Shown here in pieces: positions 26,063-37,980 of a stretch of 64,000 nucleotides of DNA (within the stretch, counting starts at the first letter, position 1; each line of letters starts with the position of its first letter). The position numbers and the translations under genes are program-made. The notes beneath the pieces are model-generated. The model was not told the origin of the DNA. It made no database searches and worked only from the letters and a program-made list of their open reading frames with translations. The DNA comes from Raillietiella orientalis (Eukaryota), in NCBI GenBank assembly GCA_036172245.1, contig JAYWIR010000033.1, forward strand, positions 1,736,001-1,800,000. The letters are read 5' to 3'.

Positions 26063-27420
26063 CTAGCACATATGTGTGCGTATGGGCCATAAGGGTACGT
26101 CCTGCAGGAAGAACTCGTGCTCGTGGGCAATTGCGCGCTGTATGTATTCGTCTATGCGAACAGCTTCATACACCGAAACGAGAGTCCTTGCATATATGGG
26201 CAGCCATAGGTGCACGTGAGATTGAGGCAAGTCTTGTGGGCTGGTCAAAGGGCAGTTAGAATACGAAGATCTCTTTTCAGCTCTTACAGGGTCAGCAGAA
26301 ACCTTCTCATCCCGAGCTGCAGGACCTTTTATTTGAAGTAATGGAATAAAAGTTTATACAGTTGGAGAAGGACCGACATGCGCAACCAGTTGGTTGTACT
26401 AGCATCATTCATTTTATCCGTATTCCCACACCCAGGGAAACGCATCAACCCCAGTATGGTCGACCCTAGCAATGGTTCTCGAGTAACTTTGTGCGCAAAC
26501 GCTTCCTGGTTTTACTTTTTACGCACATCAGGAGTCTCTTGCTTTACGGTCACGATTCGCTGCGACGCCCTCGCTGGGGACAGAACCAGGGAGCCGTGGA
26601 AGAAGTGGGTGAAGTTCCGATAAATGAATGAACAGGTGGGGGCTTGGAAGGGACGGTATTCAACAGGACATCCCGCCGGTCTGCGTCGGGCAGGGAAGGG
26701 ATGGCAGGAAGAGGAGATGCGCTCACCGGTTACGGGTTGGATCTGACCGCAACTCGAACCGAGTTCGCCAGTACTTTACGCTCCAGACTGGACCATTTCC
26801 TCATCCTTCTCATGCAGGCGATGGCGATGGCCAAATGGTATTCGGGGCGACTTCCGTACTCATCCTCCCTTTGGAAGAACTTCGCTGCTCGCACGTGGAA
26901 AAAGGGAAACAGCCAGCAAGGAGGCAACCGAAAAATCTGGAGAAGAGAGCATTCATCAGGTGCGGCGTCATGGAACTGAAATGCCTCAGCGATGCGCTTT
27001 CATCCTTCACGTAGCTCTCAGCATCCAAGAGGCTCGTGCGGCAGAGCTCTTACTATTCCTCAGAGGATACATTCCTTTTCTTGCCTCCCGCTGAGGCGTG
27101 GTGGCGTTTCTTACCTCGAAGGAGATCCCAGTGAGCCAGAAAGATGGCATTCTCCTAGTAGCGCAGAGGGAGGACGGCGACATCCATCTCGAAGATCTCA
27201 AAGTTTCCGCAGGTGATGCAGGAAAAACAGATCCATCTCTGCGGAGAGGGATCTTCTGGCGTGACTTCCTTCTTTAACCCAGACGTTTCCTCTTGAGCGA
27301 TGGTGGACCTGGCGAACCCCACGAGCCGGCAAGTCACCTTTCGTGCCTCAGGAGTATCCATCTCTTCCTCATCCCACCAGTGAAGAAGGCTGAGTATGGC
27401 GTGAGCAATTCTAGTGCATA
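26063..27420 (-). pseudogene. Stop-interrupted exon-like remnants of an unidentified gene
   Basis: Protein-like minus-strand segments (IAHAILSLLHWWDEEEMD..., LFPFFHVRAAKFFQREDEYGSRPEYHLAIAIACMRRMRKW, HLWLPIYARTLVSVYEAVRIDEYIQRAI) with splice-like signals and in-frame stops (e.g. TAG at 27155). Confidence 0.35.
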
Positions 27421-30239
27421 AGAACAGGATTGTGAGGGATGGAGCCTCGGAGACCGGGAACAGAATGGTATTTAACGTGATTTGTTATTCACGGAGCACG
27501 CTTTGGTTCTGTGTGCTGCTAGTGGTTTGGGTCTCTTCGAGATGGGTGAATGAAGCAATTTCAAGTTTCTGGCGTTCTGGTTTCGTCCTCTACCTCGGTT
27601 GGTATAGATGATCCAGTTATGAAAATTGAAATGTCAAGTAGGCAAGGTTGATGGAGATGATGGGCCACGAGGGTTGAGGCACCAAGTCACTGCCACTGGA
27701 GATCTTCACTGCCGTCCTGGTTTTCGCAGGGTACCAGAAACAAGGCTTTCTGTCTCGATCCTGGAAGGAAGCTGTAGCAAGACAACCAAGAAGGGGAGGA
27801 TGGTAACAGTTCACCGACATCGAATTGCCCTGAGCATACTTTTCGAGAGGCCAGATCAAAGAGATAAGAGGGACGGATGATGCGTTCAGTAGTGCGAAGA
27901 AATCTCTCAACAACCCTAGCCAGAGGCGCTAGACAGCGGGGGAGGAGAAAGTGTATACTTCCAGTGCTGGCCAATGAGGCGGCCATGAGTTGGAGTCATT
28001 ATTTGACTGGAAGGCATGAGGCTTCTTTCCCCGAGTAGTTCCTTTGAGACACGGCCGCTGGTTGCCATTCTGCTAGAGCTTCATGGCACGCGCCTTGATC
28101 TCGCCTTGCTGCGTCGGATGCAGCACAAGACAGAGGAGTCTGGGGCACGCCTCGTTCCGTCCGAATTTTGCGCGAGCGGATTCCTTCTCAGAACCCAGAC
28201 GGTTCCGGATTCTGAATTCTTCACAAGCTGAACGCAAGCATGTGCCTCAAAGAAGTTGAGCACCCAGAGACATCGTTTCGCAGATGCAGAAAAGATCCAG
28301 CCACTCTGCGCTTGCGACAAAGAGGAGCGCAAAGAGCGATGGCTCAGGTCCCACAGCAATCTCGAAGAGAACCCATTTTCGAAATGCCCTCCCCACATGG
28401 AATGGGTTCCACGCTCGCCATTATGAAAACAAAAGTCTCATCTTTGGAGAGCCAGATCACGGCATGCTTTCGCAGATGAGCGAAAGATGACCACAGAGGA
28501 GAGCCAGGGAATTTGAAAAATTTCTAAGCAGCTTGCCAGGGTAAGGCGCGACAGTTCCTCCGCGTTTGAAGGGCCGCCAAGAGGTGCCCTGCAAAGAGGG
28601 TTGCCGTGGGGAGCAAACGTGAAGAGTGGATTCAGACACGCACCTTCCCTTAACATTCAAACCCCACTGCACCAGCTGTGAGATTTTCAAGGAAGTTGAT
28701 GCGTCAGGAAGCTGTAAAGGTCTGTCCGTTTCGGCGGCCGCCAGCATCCCTTCTACCGCTCAGGAAAGAAAAAAGCGTCTACCAGGGGCTGATGCCACTC
28801 GGTCCACTGAAGACACCGGAAGGGTTCGTGGCAAAGCTGACCATGTTCGGGACCACTCTCAGTTCTGCCGTTCGTTCAGAAGAGTCTTCCGAGATAAGGT
28901 GTTCTGGAAACCACACGTGAGAAACGCAACGTGCTGGAGTTGTCGTTTCTTCCGATCTTATCAAAAAGATTGCTAAACTCCTGGACCACGTGTGGGTCTC
29001 GGTGGACATCGACTCACGCCGGTCTTCCTCCGGCCTTAGGTACTCGCGTCCGTTCTAGCGCCAGAGGCAGTCTGTTCCATCAAGGATACAGGCAAAAACA
29101 AGTGTGTGGGTCCGTGATGCAGTTCCCCGCGGTGTCAGACGCTAAGTGGAGAACAGAGAAGTCGAAGCGACTGACGTCCAGTACACATGTGTCTACTGAT
29201 ATACACATTCAAACACATATTTATATATACATATTCATGTGCATATTTATATTCATATATACATTTCGATATTATGTATACATATTATTGTAAATAATAA
29301 GCTCGTATATTTGTTTTTTACATCCATCATAATATATGTTTACTTAATATTAAGTTAATCTTTATATAAACATATATGTGAATATATATGGTAAGCAAAT
29401 GCATTTGATTTTTATAATCTTTAACATAGAATCAACAAATTCTTAATTTTTTTCGTAAAATTTATGTCACTGGATTTTAATACACATATTAATGTTATAT
29501 GTTCCCGTAATATTACTGCTGAGAGCATGTATGTTAATAAGGTATACCGAGTATTCGAACCCGCGACGTCTGGTGCCACGCGAGGAGACCTCAGCATCCA
29601 CGTGACGTCCGACGTGGACTCGACTGCAAGGATAGTCCCAGATCGGGGATCCCGTTCACTCTGGATGGATTTGAGGTCTTCTACTACGGGATCCTCAGCG
29701 TGTCATCGCTCGCGGTATGCTGAGACCACGACCACGATGGCTTTCGCTGCTGACGGAGCTCTCCTTGAGGAAGTCTTTCAGTGCTCCTTCTTCGCGTCTG
29801 CAAACGCGATGACCGGGTATTCCCCATGGGCACGTCACCCACCTGATGATCCCTATGGAGTACTAAAGCCCGAAAATAGACTCGCACCTACCCTACATAG
29901 AATAATATACAAAATTTGTACATTAATCTATGTAGAATAAGCACGCGTGTTTATTTTTGAATGGTCGTTCAGGATTTTGATCTTTAGAGATTTTAGAGCC
30001 GCCGTCTTAGCCCTCTATCTTTTCTATAATCCACGAAGTGTTTTCTTCCCTAATCACTGATCGTGGCCCCTGGTCGGCTTCGTCACCAGCCGTTATCAAA
30101 GCTGCTCTGCTCTGCGCTGTGTTCGTGCCATCGCCAAGACGAGGTGGAGGTCGACGCCGTCCTCCGGAAGCATCGCGTAGGTCGCCGTCTCCCACGCTAC
30201 GAGGAGCGGCCACGTGGCGCGCCACCTGATGAAACCCTG

Positions 30240-30520
30240 GACAGGAGACCTCTGGCGACATCATGAAGGGCGAAAATTTTTTGAAACCAAAGGAGGAGCG
30301 GCTTGTACAAGCCCGAAGAGAAAGGGTCCAAAGATCACTCGGATGGAAACCGGGCAGGGAAGGGAAGGGTAGACCGGTGAATAAATAAATATGTGAACAG
30401 AGGTGAGATGCACCGGCCTCGCGGCGATGGACGTGACTGCCCACGACCTGCTTAGGACAGAGAAGGACAGGTACTGGCACCGGTTTCGAGGAGTCTTACC
30501 ACCGTCGTCTTGAGGCGCCT
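30240..30520 (-). mobile_element. Short LINE 3' fragment, family 2 (copy G)
   Basis: Shares ordered blocks with copy F: GACGG(G/T)GG (DGG), CC(A/G)CGAGG(G/C)C(A/G)GT(C/G)C(G/A)TCTC and TTATTTATTC(T/A)CCGG. Confidence 0.45.
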
Positions 30521-30559
30521 TCATGTGTGGTCCTTTCGTGTGATGATGGCGCTGGCGAT

Positions 30560-31690
30560 TCAGAATGGCTCCCCGGAGCGGTCACATCTGCCTCCCGATT
30601 TGGCGATCGCCGCTCTTCGCCAGAGAGTAGGCAACTGGTAATCCAGGATGGTTTGGACAGGCCCTGTGGGCACCAATTGCATTGTTCCTGCGATGGGGAG
30701 TAGGTGGTACTTATGTGCTTATTTGCAGTCTCTGTCCTAAGAGCACCTAAGAGAAGCTCATAGGCGACTTTTGCAATGAACATGACCCTCCGGTTCTATT
30801 TTTCTCTCAGGATCCCCAGTTCCGGGGCCGGGGATCCTGAGGCGTTTCTCTCCTGGACGCCGTTTCTGTTTGATTGTGAGCTTTTCGGTTGCAATAAACT
30901 CCCCTGCGTCACCTGGAAAGAAATTACCACTGGCAGGTTGTTGGTCGACCCGCTGTTGGCTTTCCAGATGAAACCTTCCTCTTCGTATCTCTGTGAGTGG
31001 ATCAATACTCGTAAGTCGGTCATTCTTTTAGCAGCCACCATTTCGGATTCTTGGAAAACCCGGCGACTGGAGTCAACCTGAGTTTCCTCCGTGAGTAGGC
31101 GAAAAAATCCTTTCCTTGCTGGCATCGGCTAGCCTTGGCGTTCCTCGAAGATTCGACCCCACGAAAGTAAACGATCGCTGTGGGGCCTTCCGCTGGAATA
31201 GGAACACCGCGCCTGTTCACGCCAAAAGTTTCTGTCGCTCCTCAGGTGGAGTCTCCGGGGTGGGCTTTGCCACGGTCGCCCGTTTGCTTTCCAGTTGATG
31301 GATGCAGATGATCAAAGCGTTCCTGGTTCTCACATCCATCCTCCCATTCGTTCGACGGAGGTTCGAGGTGCGAGCGGTCAGCTCCTGACCTGAGGGATTC
31401 GCGAGCCGGCCTGCGCCTGAACTAGGGTGACGAAGATTGATTCGGTCGCAGCTTCTCGGGAGCGCTTTATTTTGTCTTATTTTTGCCCGAGGGCCTTTCT
31501 TTCCTCCATATTTCTCGAAAACCATTCCTCCTCTTTTTTTTTTTTTCTTTTGGCCCCTTTACGTTCCTGCAAACGCGCACCTCCATGGGAGCTCCACTAA
31601 ATTCCCGTGTACTCCTCGCGCTCCCAAACGCCCCAGTTCTAAATGTTGGGTGTAGGGCCTCCCTAGGAGGCCGCTCACAGTCCTTCTAAC
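30560..31690 (+). mobile_element. Decayed LINE 3' fragment (copy H)
   Basis: NDRCGAFRWNRNTAPVHAKSFC is a degenerate CxxC..H..C knuckle (about 31170-31235), followed by a pyrimidine-rich 3' UTR (31465-31560). Confidence 0.4.
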
Positions 31691-34600
31691 TCTCGTGTGG
31701 GCGTTATTCCTGAAACAGCTTAGGGGCCATGCGGACACGTTCTTAGCACGCTTAGAAAGCGGCACATTTGTCTTCTGCTGAGGATCTCAGACTTTCGAAC
31801 ACACCAACACGCCTCGTCGAAGCAAAAAATGCAGCATGTTTTGAAGGTGACGTCTTTCATGTGCAAATTTTTTTTTTGGCATCTGTGGAGAGATAGTAAC
31901 AGGAAAAAAAAAATGTCGTGGGAGTTTCAAACTACATAGGTGCTTCTGCAGAGACACAAGTGTATTTTTTTCCCGTTGTATTTTTTTTAGGAACGGATCC
32001 GATGTTGCGTCCGTATGTCTGAGTTCCATGTAATTGATCTCTTTCTAGATGGAGGTTTTATTTTCCAAAAATTACATCTCATCTAGATGATGACTGTCTT
32101 GCAAGTGATGGATGCGTTTTGTCATTAAATCTTCGATTTCACGCATAATGGCGTTCGCTTGGATTCAATGCAAGGCATTTTCTTCGACGGTGGACCTTTC
32201 AATTTTGAGAAGCTCCCGCGAGTGGGTGCATGCTGTGTGTTCTTGCTCTTGCGTTGCTGGGTGCGACCGAACAGGAGAAAGTTCGGCTTCCTCCCTCTCC
32301 GAGGAGATCCGGTCGAGCGTCCTCCGGAGCCGTATTCCGTGGAAACTCTTGGATGGCTCCGTCCACAGTAAACTGAAGAATGCCTTCTGAATCAGCAATC
32401 AATTCCAATTGTCGCATGGATTTCGATCCGCGGCTGCAAATGAATAAATGGACAGCCTTCGAGCGGAAGAAAAAAATGGACCGCGTTCCGCGTCCCAGGA
32501 CCACGTCTCAGGTAAAAAAATTTGCTTGGCATGAAACTACGGCCACGCTTCTAGCCATGCCTCGATCCTTGAGGATCCACTTGAAGCGAAACGGCCTGTA
32601 AGGAACCGCAGGCGTTAGAAAGGGAGTGGACTGGTTTCACCTTGCTGATTGCGGCAAAAAGACGGAACGTGGTTCCCAAGAATGGAATCGTGGTTAGGAA
32701 GCGAGGATGCGAACAAGAGGTAGAAATTTCTGCCACCTCCACAACTGTCTCTCCATCGGGCCGGCTGAAAGGGCGCACTCAGTTAGGGCGGTGCTTCCAG
32801 GAAACACCCCGTGCGTGTAGGATGGCTGTGAGGATAAGCTGCCTTAGGTCTTGTACTTTCTTCAGGGTCCTTAGTGTTTTGAATGCATCACTGTTCGCGA
32901 GATTCCACCAGGATTGCTTGCACTGTTGCCAGAGCTCTCCTGGAAGCTGCATTTCCGCCTTCCGGTGACTCGCCTGTCCCGATGCAGTGGCAGGGTCATG
33001 CTGATCCACGTGCCTTCCTCCTGAAGAGAGAAGTCCGTTTCAAGCTTGCAATTGCTATCTGGAGCGACTGGCTGGAGGGCATTGCTACTGTATGGCCTTC
33101 ACTATTCGGCCAGAGACCTCACCTTGTCGTTCTGTGATTACAGTCTCACGGCAGAGGTGCAGTGGCTAATGATGCTCCTGACTCCTGCATCTTTTGCACA
33201 TCACGCAACCCCACTCCCAGTGGGTGATGTGGTTCAGCCAGGCTGCGTGGATGCACCTACGGAACGCGAATCCCGTGCATCGCTGCGGGCATGCGGTATC
33301 CCACCAACAGCCATCGTGTTGCCGAGGAGCGCTGCATCTGAGTGTCCGCAGCAGCATTTTCCAATCGGCTTCTGGGAGAAAAAAAGGGATCGAGGACTGC
33401 AAGCCACTTCGGTTCGTAAGACATTTTTTCCTTTTCTCGATTGGAATCTTGTGTTCCGGTCGAGAAAAGGACGATTCCGGTCCAGGGCAGCAGATCAATA
33501 TGCTTCCAAGACGATCTGATCGTTGAAAAATTCTGCTCAAAACGAATGCGGGCTGCAGTGAGTGACGTCGGTATCAGCAACCGCAACTTCATATTGATTA
33601 ACGCAGTCTTCACACCGTGCTTTGCGAGTTAAAGAGCACACCGAGTGGTGGAAGCTGACCTCACTAGGTGTTTGCAGTGTCACGAACTTCTTTTCTGCTA
33701 AAGGCAACCGCGTCTTTTGCCGACCCCCTTTGAGAGTCCCTGTTCTCGATTCTGCCATCAATAGGATGGAGGAAATTAAGGAGCGGTTCCGTTCAGAAAA
33801 TGGCTGCTGGTTCAAGCAGCCGTTGTCGGACGTTTCGTCTCTTCTTCGGCGAAACTCTTCGCGATATCCACTCCATTCATCATCGGAACAAAAAAGAACT
33901 GTGAAGTCAAGTGCGGGTTCATGAAGAAGCTGATAGGCGCATCGGAATGCTGAGCGGCTGAACATTTCGATTGGATGGCCGCTGCTCGAAATGCCTTGGA
34001 CGCATGAAATACCGGAAACCAGGAGGAAATAAAATCTCCGGGAAACGAGACGTCAGCTCAACACCCAAAACTCTGGAGCTCGTGGAATTTTCCGGAAAAG
34101 ATTCTGCCGAGAAGAATTGGGAACGCTCTGGCTTCCAGCTTTTCCAGGACGATGACGTTCCAGGAACGTAAAGAGGAATGCCATTGGCTGTTGGGGACTA
34201 CAGCAAGCTCTGGAAGATCCGGCCAGATTCTCGGGAAATTGCAAGGAAGAACAGCGATGACCGGGAAAAAGTCAGTTTTCTCAATTGAGAGAGCGAACTC
34301 ACTCGTGTCAATTTTGATCTGAAGAATGCTTCAACAGTTTGCGTCTTCTTTCCTAAGTTTCGACGCACTGTTCTTCTGAGTCTTTCCTATGTCTTCCCAT
34401 CGACAGCCAGTGCTTCAAGTGCCTATAAATTAATTTCCTAGGACGGTTTTCAAACTTGAGCATCCTAACAGCAGCAGTCTTTCGTGAATGTTCCTTGCGC
34501 TTTCTTTCTTACATGACTGGACGCTTCAACATCTTCTCCCGTCACGGGAGAAGATGCTGAAGAGTTTGCAAAAATAGAAATTTCATCTTTTTATTATTCC

Positions 34601-34959
34601 TGATTGATCTGTTAATGAAATCGGTGCATATACTTTCCCAGCGTCACCCGCATGGCATCACAGTTACTGTGATGAATTTGAAGAGTTCACAGACCGACAA
34701 GCTCTTCAGGAGATGACGACATACTTAGTTTTGAACGCAATTCTTTAGTTACCCGCAAGCCGTTGCAAAAACCAAAATTCTCGGAGATGGACGCATGGAA
34801 ACAGAGAAATATCCTCGGAAGCTGAAATGAGCACAAGTATCCAGCCCGGAACTGAAGAATTCCGGGAAACAAGAAACAAGTAAAGAGCCCTGAAAGGATA
34901 AGTGCGATCGCCGCCATCTTAAGTTACATCATTTCACAGGAAAGATCCGAGAGGTGGAG

Positions 34960-35780
34960 GGATGAAAGGCATGAAAGGCGTTTCCTTTGCACTAATTGGT
35001 GTTGTCGATGGGTTATCATTATATGCGGAGGTGTTCGGCGTCTATGGAGACAGGTGAGCGGAGAGTGCTGCTACTGCTGATGCAGCTAAGGAAAGCCAAA
35101 TGGGTCAGGGTCTGTGTGGACGAATGTAATTCGCCCGGAGATGATGTTTTCGATGGTTGTATCTTCGATCTTTAGGGCGAGGTCGAGGATGCAAAGACCT
35201 GGATGCAAGCGAACCCTAACGGTGGTTTTCCAATCGGCAAGCAAGGAGTTGGTGTTTTGAGCCGCACGCCGGTGAGGCAGGGAGGATGCGGATGTTAGCC
35301 GCGAGCCGCAACGAGGGCGGTGCGGTACGAAACGGAAAGGGGTTCGGGAAGAGGAAGCTCTGAGGTTAGATAGGGGCTGAAGGCACCTTTCGAGATGAAA
35401 TGGGAACGGAATCTGCTCATGCGGGATTTCGGGAAGGGTGTCGTCTTCATAGTCAAGGAAGATTTTTCTAGGAATGTATGGGGAGTTGAACCCGGCGAAC
35501 TAGAAGACTTTGATTCAAGGGCCGAGTTTCTCCTTGGATCCTCTCTGATGCCCGTGGAATGTTTTCATGACCTGCGCTTCCTAATTTTTCCATTCGAAGA
35601 TGAATCCAACGGCATAATGGGTCGTCAGCACAATTTGGACGGTGACGAAATGATTCATACAAGGGAATGAGCGGGATGGTTACGGTAGAGAGTACTCGTT
35701 CGGAGAGAAGGATGATAGCAAGGCAGTCAAAGGGAAGCTCGAGTTTGCATAGTGATTTCATTCACGCCAATCTCTGAAGG
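34960..35780 (-). mobile_element. Decayed gag-like ORF1 of an I/Jockey-group LINE
   Basis: A mostly open minus frame (stop at 35086) reads IKVF*FAGFNSPYIPRKIFLDYEDDTLPEIPHEQIPFPFHLERCLQP...CGS. This resembles the V.F...P..I.(L/I).Y...P.P..C.RC pre-knuckle of LINE ORF1. Strand composition is skewed relative to the flanks. Confidence 0.4.
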
Positions 35781-37019
35781 ATGGCATCTGTGGGATGCAA
35801 CACAACGATGACCAAGAAGAGCAACAGGAATTTCGTGGGTGCTGGCAGCGGTGTAGAGACTGTGTTTGCGATGATAACTTGAGAACCGATTGTCCAGCTC
35901 GTGTCCAGGTTCGAAACGTAGCCGGAGGTGCTTGGTTTTGTTCGTTTCTAGATTTCTTCGCCGCGCTGCCTTGCTAAACCAATGGGTCCATTCCTCTCTA
36001 TACAGTGCGTTGGATGTGTACCGTGGGAGCGGCGAGCGAAAGAATTTAGTGCCTGTTGAAGGAATGAGAGCCAATAAAATCACGCGCCATCGCAATCACG
36101 ACTTGCGATCTTCTGATGAACATATCTGCAGCATGCAGCACACAAAGAAGCAAGGATTTCTGCTCTTTGTGAGAAGGATTTCTCAATATAGGCGGAGGAT
36201 CTTGCAGCATATTATAAATGGAGCAGGTCGAAAACCCAAACATTCCTCTTTGAGAGCCACAATTTGGCCACGTATTTTTACGGAAGCCAAGGGTTCATCT
36301 TTCTCCCATGCCTACCAGACGCTTCCCTGAAGGGGATACAGACCCTTGTGTTCCATGAAAACATGGGATTAAATCAAGGATTCCGGAAAGATCAGCTGTC
36401 GTGATCAAGAGGGGAAAAAATTTGGATATGGCACGCTTTTTCAAATATTTCAATACAGATGGGAAGGTAAACTTGGACCTAAAATGCAGAAGTGGGTCAG
36501 TGATAGGATATGCCACGCTCCGAGTGGCACAAGCTTCTCCCGATTTAAGAAGTCTGCCTCGCAACTTCGGGGAGGAGGTACTTCCACCCTGAGACTGCTA
36601 GCTGATCACACAGGAAATCAGTTGACCACTTTGAGCACGCCCGTGTGCCTGCAAAGAATGCTAAGATCCTGTTTTTAGACAGCACCTTAGAACTTTTATT
36701 GTTTTCATTATGGTGTTATGCTTCCCATGGAATGGAATCGCTTTTCCCTGAATCGCCGAATGGAGATAAATTATCTCATTTGGCAACTCTTTACAGGTTG
36801 ATGAGGAGCTCATTCCTTCGGCACTGCTTCACCTGAGTCAGTGGTCGCCTGTTCGATCGGGTTCCATCATTTCTACATCCGGCTCTTTCCTCCTACGAAG
36901 AAGACGTTTTCTGATCAGGAGTCTTCAGCTTACATCAGGCTCTTGTGCTTTTCATCCTTCCTGGCGTTTCCAGCTTCGGATCTTATTGCATCGATGAAGT
37001 ATGTGGGAGGGAAGCCTCC

Positions 37020-37980
37020 TCCAATCAGAGAGCATCAAGCAGCGGCCTAGCAGGCCTTCTTCGATCCATCCTTTCGCTTTGATCACCACCTCTGTGATAC
37101 AGATGGCCGGTCCCTCAGAACGGACCGTTTTGACTCGCTCGGCTCTTGCTGCGCCCGATTTTCGAGCCTCCTCTTCCGATGCTCCATGCGGGACCCTGAT
37201 TTACAGGAGAGACGTTTTCGGAAATATACGGACGATGTCGGTGGGACCACGGAACTTCGCTCGCCCGTAATGATCTTCGGTAGGAAACATTCGTGGTATG
37301 CTGGCAGTACAAAAGATCCATTACTTATATTCAAAGGAAAGCTGGATTCGAAATGCACGCAGGCACAGATTTGCATAAATTATAATTGGAATTCCGAGTC
37401 AGGCTCCAATAGCCAATCCGGATACATTGTGGAAAGCATGATTTCGCGAGAGCTGAGGAGGAAAGGGAATCCGTTCTTTCGGAACATAACTTAAGTACCA
37501 AGAGAAAACCTCTGATTTCGAAAAGACGTTGCCAATATCCATTAAATCCTCCTCTGTCTCAGCATCTAAAGCAGAAAATAAATCTGAATTTAAGCACGTT
37601 TTCATATGCAGATTAAATGACGTCACGCTACCTACATCGCGGTCCAGCAAACAATGCTTTCGCAGAGGATCTCAGAAGCATCTTATGAAAGAGGCCGATG
37701 GAACCAAAGGGCCCAACGACTCGTCACGGTGATCAGCCGGGAATGAGTTTTGAGAAGATCTGGTTCCCAAAGTTCTTCCGATTCCTGCGTGTGATCCGTG
37801 CCACGAAAGTTCTGTGTCCTCGCTGAATCCTTATCATATCTCTTATCCTCATTCGTTTCCAGCAAATGCTGGGGCCCACCGCGATGTCCTCGAAATTCTT
37901 CCTCGGGAGTGCGGTGGCCGCGTAAAGCAACTCCTGCAAAGCGGCAAGCCGAAGTGGCATCGCGCTTGGGTGCAAAGTGG
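37020..37980 (-). pseudogene. Stop-interrupted coding remnant, unidentified
   Basis: Long protein-like frame (FSWYLSYVPKERIPFPPQLSRNHAFHNVSGLAIGA*LGIPIIIYANLCLRAFRIQLSFEYK*WIFC...) broken by TGA at 37399 and TAA at 37321. Confidence 0.35.

Noticed and set aside
29840..30275. CTGATGA...GAAA strings suggesting hammerhead ribozymes (also near 16529 and 59267)
   Set aside because: I could not build stems I-III and a cleavage triplet around any of them.
35086..35660. Polinton/viral DNA polymerase B-like reading (HYAVGF, FAGFNS)
   Set aside because: No polymerase motifs follow; the frame fits a LINE ORF1 pre-knuckle region better.
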